A DNA stretch of 63,831 nt, the filler included, from Choristocarpus tenellus KU-1152 (taxonomy: Eukaryota; Protista; Phaeophyceae): assembly GCA_964200185.2 (NCBI GenBank). It is 10 parts of 10 records of this genome, joined end to end, with 100 filler letters (N's around TTAATTAATTAA, not from the genome) between each part and the next. Parts side by side here need not be neighbours in the genome. Positions count along the whole stretch, not along the records: positions 1 to 14,454 come from CAXNAD020001186.1; 9 more parts are not named here. One strand, given 5' to 3'. The position numbers and the translations under genes are program-made. Positions 1 through 10,900 of the stretch are shown piece by piece (the first letter of the stretch is position 1; each line of letters begins with the position of its first letter). The notes beneath the pieces were generated by a model. It saw only the letters and a program-made list of their open reading frames with translations, was not told the origin of the DNA and did not search any database.

Positions 1-158
1 GGGGGGGGTCTACACCAGAGTGTCCATTCGGGCCCTGACCAGGAAAAGTGCACTTACATTATCCATCCAACGCACGGAACCAAATCACCCAAAAATCGTG
101 ACATGTAAAAATGGGCCTGGAATGGACAGCCGCCACACACACCCAGATAATTTGGGCC
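1..158. mobile_element. MITE family B copy (left end cut by window start)
   Basis: Reverse complement aligns with 19542-19722; ends CCCAGATAATTTGGGCC, the family B TIR. Confidence 0.8.
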
Positions 159-1325
159 TCACTCAAACCAGTTCCAGGTTGTGTGACATGGATTGGATAC
201 TTGCCTCTTGCTATGTTGCGCACCTTGGTTATCTATTTTCTGAACTTGGACTGTATACATTTGATTTCACGATTTCGGGCACATTTGAGTGTCTGTATCT
301 TTGCCTATCCATCTCTACTGTGGCATGACATCCAAAAGGAAGAAGCTCAGTCGGGAACAGTGAAGAATATAGCTTATCAAGTCTAAGTGAGGTCTAACGA
401 CACTTTGAGTCTCTGCACCTACAATAAATAACTGTGCATACATGTTTTCTTGAAGTGGTTTGAAAATTTTCAGAATAAAGTAGGTAGATACATCTTGGTG
501 GGTTACTATATCGTTGCCCGACACAATCACAACAGGTTGTCATAGTGAATGTTCTTCTCATTCCCCGGGGGATTGACTCGCCTTGTATGTGCAATATTTG
601 AGGCCTGTCTGCGGTGCACCTGCCTTACTGTTGTCCTGCACCAGTAGGCGCTATGCTCTGTTGTCCTCTCGAGGACAAGCAGGTTATTGGTGCGCACATT
701 CTGCTTAAAGAAACATGAAGGTGAGATTATCGAGCTACAATTTTCGATTCTTCCTCTATAGATGTGAGGTACGCAGTACAAAAGCTTACACCAGGTTAGC
801 TCTTGGTGTGGGGGAAAAGGTGTTGCACCAGTGTCTCCTGTGGATTGAGTATTCCGATCTAGTATAAAGATGGATGACTGGGATCATAGTTCTAGGGTCA
901 TTTCTCTCGCACACCAGACTTTGGCGGGTCTTCTTCATCAAAATCGAAGAAGCAGATGTTTTGAAGCAAATTGAAATCCTGATTCTGATGGCATGGTGGT
1001 GATTAACACTATTCAATCCACTAACAAAGTAACAGAGTAAAGTGTTCGGTCACCGCATCTTTCTACTGGACCTCATGTGGTTTCTCTGGGGATGCCAGAT
1101 ATCTTTTGCCTGTTTATTGCAAGTGCTTCCAGCGCATCCATCTTCTGACACTTGCTGTCTTCTTATACATAATAGAAACTGACAAGGAGTCGATTGGGTG
1201 GTTTCGACCATATTTTGGACAACATCCTTGTTGTTACTTCAGTTTGTCACTCAACTAAAAAAATCGAGACTACAAACTAATCTTTCCTGCGCTAGAATAT
1301 TTTACTCAGCTTAAAAATATTTCAG

Positions 1326-1327
<2 letters not shown>

Positions 1328-1365
<38 letters not shown>
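1328..1365. repeat. (TG)n microsatellite
   Basis: Direct reading. Confidence 0.95.
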
Positions 1366-1366
<1 letters not shown>

Positions 1367-1969
1367 GCGACGATGGTGGGGTTTCTTCTTCCCCAGAGTA
1401 TAACTACTCCATATCCTATATCGGGAAACAAAAATTACAAAATCTCACTGGGGAGATCTGAAGCTCTCATCTCAGGACCTAGTATTTCAGAGGAGGAACA
1501 TACAAAGGCTACAGATGTAGGGTTCGCTCTAACCACAATTAAATCTTTCAACGAAAAGGTCAAAATTGAAACCGTCCTCCTTCCCTTACGTGAGTGAGGA
1601 CTCAAAGATCTCCTTAGACTAACCTTGCATTTTGACTTGTATTTGAAATAACAAACGACTCTTGACGTAACCTTGAAGTCACAGTATCACTCGTACCTGA
1701 GGAGTAACTTATATACGTACTCTGGTACTTGTTATTGTTTCTTTAGACGCAGTATGCTACATATTACAACAGAGGAATGCAAATCCACTCCTTCAAGTAA
1801 CTCATCCTATATGCGACTTCAACCTCAGTGATGTAGTAAGCTCGACTTCAACTATGTATTTTCCCTATGAGCAAAACTAGATGTAGACATAGATAGGAAC
1901 CAATGGTCTGCACCAGGGCTCCACACCTACTCAGAGTCAATAGAAAAAATTGTGTACCTCAACTCAGTT

Positions 1970-4900
1970 CTAAGCCAAACTAACCTGGATTGCGATCTCC
2001 ATGGTCAGTTGTCCTCGCTTAGAGTCTTCGGCAGGTTGATTTGTGTCTAAGACACTTCGTTCTTCCTGATACACCCACAAAGTGTTCAAAGGGGTGGAGT
2101 TGACTTGGCGGACAAGTGCGCTACGTAGCATCAACATCCTTCTTTCTTTTCCATTAAGGCCAGCATCTGATGCCATACTTAGTCCTCTATTGTAATCGGT
2201 AAGATATCCAAATATAAACATAAATATACAAGACCCATAGTATCCTAGAGGGGGGGGGTGTTTCGACCAGGTTGTCCATCCGGGACTTGTATTGTGTTAC
2301 AAGACACCCCAGTTTGATGCCCACCTTTGGGTGCCTTGTTTTTGGATCCAGTTCGGGCAGGGGGGTGGCAAAGGAAGGTATGTTCAGATGAAGGGTGATA
2401 CCCTTAAATCTGACATGTTCACTCAAATGACATTAAAGTCAAAAATAATCACACAGGCCCCAAATGGACACCTAAACCCCCCTCCAGGATACTATAAATA
2501 AAAAAAGAAAAGGTAGCAAGTAACACAAAGGGTCAAATAGGGACATGGGAAAGAGCTGTTGAGATGTGTCTCACTCTGCAATTGCTCACTAGTTCTACCT
2601 ACTCGCCCCAGCTGAGTTTCTTGGCCAAGGCAAGCAACAGAAACACCTTTACTGTCTGTCTGGAGCCCCAACCAATGCCACCAAATGATATTATTTTTCA
2701 ATATACTGTGCCGTAGTATCAACAATGATACTAAGGGTAGAACAAAGATTGGCTAGAGAGTACTCATTTTTTGGTTCCTTCATTACCCTCACAACTACTA
2801 ATAGTGCATTTGATTTTGTAGTCCTTGATATAGGCTAGCGCTGTTTCCTTCCATACAACAAATTACAGAGTTGTTGAGAGTCGTACTGACGTTTTCCTAT
2901 ACCATTAAACTACTTTGTTGTGCTTTAGCCAAAGTATCTTAGAGGGTAGAGCCCCGTCCATTTGGGGGCCAAACTCCAGTGCTGCGATTTTGATGTAATT
3001 TTGGATATCATATAAATTTAAAAGTATTAATATCCTTATTCCAGATACACCTTTTCATAACGCATACATTTTACCTACTCCAAAACATTTTGGAGTAGGA
3101 AAATGTCATATTAATATACATGGGAAGCCAAGCCCCAAACAGACAAACAGGGCAAAGATCATACCCTCTAAGATCCTTTCACTTGCTTTTCCTCCCTTTT
3201 CCTCCTCATATTCCTTTCCCTCCATTGAGATGTAAAAGAATAACACAATTAACGTAATTTCCTAAAGTTTTCCATCACCTGTAGGCGCTGAGTCCTCATC
3301 TTTGCCAAAGAAATTTTCTCGCTTAGAGCTTCTAATCTGGCATGGAAGATGGAATATTTTTCCTCTGTCCACTCAAGATTCTCCTCTGATGACCTACACA
3401 AGCATATATATATATATATATATATATTGGTTAGACCTACAGTAGACGAGTCCTATTCCGTCAACTGATAAGTCACAATAGATGGAAACGTTGCGTCCAC
3501 AATCTCTTCAAACACTCAACTTGATACACTTGTAACTAACACTGTGCCTTGGAATGCATTTGTAGGTTGAGTAGTTCTCGTTGCAGGCAATATGTCATAG
3601 AACAGCAGTACCACATTTTGCCGCATATGCACAACACAGCAACAGGGAATGGAAGAAGTTCCAACGCAAGTTATTTGTTCTTCTTCATTGATGTTAGTTA
3701 TTCCGCAAGTTATTTGTTGTTTGGCAAAAAGTCATGAATCACAGTGCCCAGCACAATAGATGCTTGGTACCTCAAGTGAAGTGTGCTCCAACACGCGAAG
3801 TAGTCTAGATCAAACAGCCTGTCAGTTAATCCTGAAACCATATTGAAGGATTGAATGTTAATCCTCTGCAGAGTAGGTGCATGCCTTCCTTCATGGCAAC
3901 AGAGTGGAAAAAATTATGTGTGTTGCACTGCAAAGAGAGCGTGATATGTCTTGGAGTGAAAAGATCTTAGAGGGTACGAGTTTTGCCCTGTTAGTCCATT
4001 TTGGGCTTGGCTTCCCATGGGGTTTTTTATTTCATTTTACCTACTCCAAAATGTTTTGGAGTAAGTAAATGTGTATGCCATGAAGAGTGTGTCCAGAACA
4101 AGGATAATGACACTTCCTAACAAACATGATAGTCAAAATCACATCAAAATCGTAACAATGGATCTTGGCCCCCAAATAGACGTGGCCCTACCCTAACCCT
4201 AAGATACTTTGCCTCTTGTATACTATTCTAGAAATGGAGTACGATTGACAACCATGCTAGCCCGGTGTCAACCACCCTCTACAAAGCTTCATGAGAAAAT
4301 ACAATTGCTCCTTCACCTTGAGAACTCCTCGAGCAGATTTTCAAACTTCCAAATGGATGCTTCTCTTTCCCAGATACGTCTGAGGGAAACATCTGACAAC
4401 ACACGAGCGGCTGGCGGGCCCTTGTCGCCCTTAGGTTTATCAAAGAGGAAGTTCCGTACAGAGTAACCACGATACAGGCACTGAATCCTCGTTACCCCAT
4501 GCTGTAACGTATGAAGTGGCATAGAAAAATCACGGATGAGAGGAAGGCAATTGCAGTGTGTACTTTTGATGCAGAAACATCGATGTGCACAGGTAACTAA
4601 CATGAATGCTTGCTATCTGCTTGCTTGAAGTAGAAAATGCACGTTTTCTGTCTTTCTGGACAGTGTGTGTGTTGATGCAGGCTGTGTAATGAGGGTTGAA
4701 TTAGGCGTCAGGGCAAAAGCTTTGTGTTCAGAAACTAGAAGGATAGCACTGCAGGCTCAACTCAAATGAATCAGACTGTAGATATGAAGTGCACCAATCT
4801 ACTATTTGGAATTCAGTATTCATCCTACGCTTCCATTTCGTAGCTGAGACACTGTGCCTTCTTTGAACCTTGGAATCACCCCCATGCCTTGCCTGAGACT

Positions 4901-7900
4901 CGATCTTTCCTGTCATTTTCATAGCCTTAGCTCTTTTTTCACCCTCCCTTTGTTTGTGTTGCCTAATGTAAAAGTTTCGACAGCATCTCTGGATCTGCAA
5001 CATGAGAAGGCAGCCCCCCCATAGATTTGGCAGTCGTTACATTGGTTGGTAGTAACGGAAGGTCCCGATTATCGTTCCTGAATACTGTTGGCAGTTGAAG
5101 CAAAAAAATAAGCTGGCTGTTGGTTCTCACATAAACCCAGTAGTACAGTCCAGTATGTATGGCCACTCAAACATGCACAATGTCACTTCTTATACTTCCA
5201 CCCTCGATTGCCAGATAGCACAATAAAACAACCAACAGTAGCACACAGATCTCCTCATGTCCATTGTCCTATCTACTGATGACACCTTACCCTCCTTGCC
5301 GCCTCATCAATTGTTTTGGAAACCAGCTTTTTCTCATGTTCAACGGCCTCCTGTTGGCACTTCTCTTTCTCCATCTTCTGTTGGCGCTTGAACCTTGCCT
5401 TTACCCCATCATCATCGGTCTTCCGCATTGCCTGTGATCAAATTTCCCATAAACGTTGAGGCAGTAATATGTTAGGTGACAGGGAACACACTATAATACT
5501 TTATAGGTGGGCAGCGGGTAAAGACAAGTTGTACAAGATGACCTTTTTTTCTACCCGGAAGCAGCCATCATTCATTCTCCTTCCTCTATGTCTTTGCACT
5601 CAATAACCCCACCCTTCTGCCACCCTTGTCCTACTATTGTACCTCCCTGTCCTTATTCAACCCTTTCTCCTGTACAAACTACCTCCTTCTCCGTCCTGTA
5701 CCTCAATTCCTTCCCCCACCAATGTCACCTTCTCTTTGCTCAATGCAATGTTTGCCATGAATACCCCCGCACGTCTTGCATATTCGACAAGACTTCGATC
5801 AGTATGCTTTTGTCGGACCGCCATTTTTTTTTTCTGTGGCTGTGACGAATCTTTTGATTCCTTTGACGTCTCACACACCACTTTTTGCGATTCCTTAACC
5901 ATCTCAGGGCTGGGCTGCTTGAATAGTGTGATATCATGACCCTTGTGTGTTGGGCGAGCGTGTAAATGTTCTGAGCACCTGTGGGTTTGGCAAGGCAGGA
6001 AAACCTAATTTTTCAAGAAATATTGCAAAGGGAGGGCACAGCTAAGGGAAGGAGAACATTTTGGTATGAGTAAGGACAGACTAGAGTAGGCAGATATGTA
6101 CCCCTGCAATTCTTGCACAAGGTGTAGTAACAGCACCTTAAAGTGTCAATCGCATTGCCTCTCTCCCTCACAAGCTGTTGATATCTCTTTTTTTGAGTTT
6201 GAAATTAACCAAGAGAACTTGTACACACAGAATCCCCCAAATACTGACACAGAATCACCCACACAATCAAAGTCACTAATGTAACCCCTACCACCCGTAT
6301 CCGAACTCATCAACAGGCTCAAAACCGCGGTTCACTGCCTCAACATACTCTGGGGAGATATGCCATCATTTTCAAACAGTTGATGGTTCGTCCTGAGTCA
6401 CTTTGTTTCTGTGTCATTCACAACCTTTCTCAGTGTACTCACCGCAAGCAATACCCCAGACGGCACTCAGAACATGAAACCATAGCCCAACGGTTGTTGC
6501 AGAGTCCGCACGTAGTCCTATGTAAAGGTCTATCGGATGAGGTGTAGCAGTCGTAGTTGCCCCGTAGTTTCCCCCCTCCCAGCCCTCTACTCTCTAGATA
6601 GGCATTTTGCAGCGATTGGGATGGCTTCCAGAACACGTCAAAATCTGAATGATCAGTTTGTCTCTCTCCAATTCCATTGCTTCCCTTTCCCCTGAGGTCC
6701 TTTTCAATGGAGAAAGTAGGTACTTCTGTACCATCTTCAATCCGAGTTGCCCTAGGCTTCACATTGAACTTACCTGCAATGACGTACGAGTGTATGAGGA
6801 AGGGAGTCGAAGGGGAGGAGACGTTAACATAGTATTTTGAAACTGCTTCAAGGTAGAGGGTGTGGAAGACGTCCAATCCGAATCACTTTGAAACTATGGG
6901 TGCACATAATAAAAAAGGATATGTGAGTTAGAGGAAAGATCCGTGCAACTGGATTGAAATGATACCAGATGAGGGACGTCCTGATTGATGTACCCAAGAG
7001 AAACGTAAAATCTACAATCGTTGGCAATGCACTTCATCAAGTGGATGATGGCACTGGCTGTCCCTCTCCCAGCTCCTCCCTGAATATGTCTTGCGTCCAT
7101 TCCCTCACCAGGCGCAGGATGTGGGTGAGGAGGAGGTGGCATCTTTCCAAAATCGTCACAGTCGCCCCCGGTTCCTTCACATCCTCCCACAATCCCTGTG
7201 GAGGTATTACCACGAGCACTCTCCAACGTTTCCCTGACATAAACCAAAGCCAGCTCCACAATTGATTGCATTTCCTTGCGCTTTACCTTCAGAGTTTGCT
7301 CGGGCGGGGCAAGGATGTATTGCATGAATGTGAGGCGATGTTTAGAGTATAATCTTGAGTCCTCTCACGAAGGTTTGGCAAAAACGTAGTCCTTGTGCAA
7401 GAACTTCTCACTCTTTCTCGCTCTGACTGAGTAAAATTCAATCACGAGTCCAGGTTATGGAAGAAATATCACCATATCATCATGAACCGCTGCTTCTACC
7501 CTCCAGAATATACTCAACAGTTTGCTCTAAAATTTGCTACAGCCTTTGTATACACATTCGGATATGTGCGAGGAATGGAGATCTTCTTGCCCTTGTGCCA
7601 TGCAAACCACAAGCCTCACCATCGCAAAATTGGTGAACAGGCAACTTACTGCTATTTTGGTAAGACTGTAGGTTTTTATCCACTCCTCTGCAAGTGTTTC
7701 CATTGCCATCTCTCTTCAAAATTTGTCGAAGTTGGTGCAGGGGTAGATTTCCCCTAGTGCGAATTCATGCTAGTCTATTTTGGTTTATTGGTGCCAAACC
7801 TTGCAAAACGGATGTCCAATCTATTAGGTCATGCTATTGACCTGGCCCTGTGACTATTTTGGGAAGGAGCTCACCCTTTCTGCCTCCTGCAATTGGGCGT

Positions 7901-10900
7901 GATTTGCCCGGTCTTCATGTTTTCTTCTAAACCATTCTTTGCCTAGAGCCTTCTTGGATGCCTTGATGACCAGCAACTGAACGAGAAAAAGACAAAAGGA
8001 GTATTGTACCACAGGAAAATTTTGTGCTCACATGGATTATACTGGAATAGGATACCAAACGTGAGTGGGCAAGGGGGCTATGAACATTTTGAAATTGATT
8101 GAGACAGTGTAGCAGCAGAGGAGAGGAGATGTAGATGACACTAGGACGCCGTTTCACCTAGGCTTTGATTTTCTTCACTCTCCTTAGTTCTCTTTCTCGA
8201 TTCCTTACTCTATTTCCTCACTCACTGCTGACCTTCTCAATGATCTTCAACTCCTGCCGGACATGATGCCCCCGCCAAAGTTTCTGGAACCCTCTCGCAG
8301 CCTGGTACAGCCTAATGCAATGCCAGAGGACAAGTCGAGCTACATAACCCCTCCAAATTGCCTGTATACATGTAGCAGCCTTCTCTCGCCTACATTTCTG
8401 GACACCTTTTACCATTTTCTGTATGATCTTTGCTGAAGAGATGGCAACCCTCAGGAAAACCTGGGGTATATTAAGAAAATGAGTTGACTTGAGAGTTATC
8501 AAGGCATATGGATCATGTACTTGCAATGGGAAAAAATGCCCTTACTCCCTATTGAGGTTGTACTCAGACTGAACACGTTGCCTCTCAACGAGAACGTCAA
8601 TAATGAGGACAAATGTACCATCACTGAATGCTTTGAATATTGGTATTTTGGTTACAAAGAATGCACTAAAAAGTGGTCAAAGTTGGGTGTACCCTCCCAT
8701 GACTTATCCATCCTTTCCACTATCAGCATGCGTTGCCTGGACATTAATGCAAAGTAGGTCTTGCCTGATCAGGTTGAGAAGGGTCGCTCCTGAAACGGTA
8801 TGCAATCATTGCTCTTTCTACTATCACCACAGCACTCATCCGCCCCTGCAGTTGCCGCCAATAATATTTCTTCCAAGCTCTCCCTAATTTACCTATGGCT
8901 CTTTTCTTCTCCAAAAATTTTGAAGTGAGAATGAACGTGTGCAAAGATGAAAAAAGAGACATGTGTATAAAGTGGGAAGGTGATCGGAGTATGAAGCCAT
9001 GCAGGTGTGGATTGGAACATTGGATACCTTGATCATTTCAGGTACAGTTCTAATTTAACCAGGGTAGTCCAAAATATGTACTTCATACCAAAAATAGAAA
9101 GAGTTGAAAAAAATGTCCAAATTGTATGACAATCGAGAGATAAGTTCACGAAATGTGAAAAAATCGTATTTACGCTATTTTTTGGCACCTTTGATAAATT
9201 GAACCCATAGGATGCATATTTTTGATATTCGTTCTGCCCCTAACATTCAATCTTGTCTTGAATTTGCTACAATCTTTTTCACCTGCTTGATAGAGAGTCA
9301 GGACCAACCCACCTCGGGTCATGTGAAAGGCTACGTGTGCGAGGGATAAGAATCGCACCTCTTCACCCATCCGGGCTTCAAACATTGCTTGACTCTCAAA
9401 ATGGCTGGAACCTGGTGCAGGCTCAAGTCCCACCAATACTATGTCTCTCTGTTCCTCCCCGTTCATCCTTGGCCCCTCATTTGTTTGTTGTCCCTCAGTC
9501 GTCAATCCTGATATAGCCCCCTCCAAGGGGGTGCCTACCCTTGCGTCCTTCCAAATTTCAATCCCATGTATTACCTCGTTCTCAGCTTCTACCCAAGCAC
9601 CACCCCTTGCACAAGACCTTAACACTGGTTTACCCTGCCTATTAACACCTCTCAAGCGAACACAAAGAAGCTGCATTGACACTTCTTCAAGGCCAGACTC
9701 TGAAACTCCGGACCCATGGAGATCAAGCTTCTGGAGCCTTGGACATGCCTGAACCAGGAGGTCGGGATTATTGAGGTCTGCAGTCAGGGACTTCAGAGAC
9801 CGAAAAAAGGAAAATAGAGCAATTATGCTTGCATGGGAAAGACACAGATGAGTGTAAAGGGATTTCACAGCCTTAAAATGATTCTCTCTGGGTATGACAA
9901 TGTGAAACATGGAAGTTATACACTTAAGATGATATATCTTGGGACAAGGTTCAGAGTGGAAACGAGAATACTCTCGGAATATGCAGAACAGGAGGGAACC
10001 AGGAGTGTTGATGAATTTTACACACCTTTACAAGCACAGTGAGGCCACCATCACACACACCGCTGCAGCCGCTGATTCTAAGTTCTTTCAGGCATGGTAA
10101 TGATCCTGGAGTAAGTGCATTAAGCATCACCTGAAAGAAGAAAGATGTAGTATGGTGAAGAGGCTGCCTGTCACAAAATGAGTGCATGCGATCACAATTC
10201 CTACACCTCAATGGTGACCAAATAATTCTGAACAGCAGCGATTAGCAGATCCTGGGCATGGGGTTGTTATCCTGAATGCAACCCTAATGGTACAGGAATG
10301 TCCTGTGCACAATCATGTGGTCAATCCAAGAGGTCAATCCAAGAGGAATCCAACCCCTAAACACACCATGCCAAATAACCATTCCCACATGAAACCTGCT
10401 GCACCAAATCATCGACCAAGCCCCAAATTCAGATCTTGATCGAAACCTCACTCCAGGGGAGATGTGCCGGCAAGACTCACCTCTGAATGACCCTCAAGGC
10501 CCAAACTTATCATTTCCCTACAGTGTTTCGCCAGTGCAGTCACAATTACATCTGTGAGAGACTCTCCCTTGGATTTTTCCCACTTGAGGTACCTTTGCTG
10601 GTTGCTGTAGAAGCTTGAACAAGTACCTCGACATCTCCCTCGCTCCTGAAAGTCATTTTTGACCCACCCACCATCAGACATCACCCTGTATCTGGACCCT
10701 CTCGAAATATTGTTGCTATTGTATGAAGACCGGGTCCAATCCAGACTTTCTGAACCCGCCGAAAGATTTGATATATCATTTGTCTGTTCCAACTGAACCT
10801 CCCTACAACCTCTGGTGCCCATACGGGCAAGACCCAACCTCCTTAGCCAAGGCCATCCAGTCACAGCCTTAACTAGGTTTTCTTCATCAGAGGGCGAAGA

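Noticed and set aside
640-660. APTG peptide on the minus strand suggesting a PIF1/Helitron helicase
   Set aside because: It is followed by a stop, and no other helicase motif is nearby.
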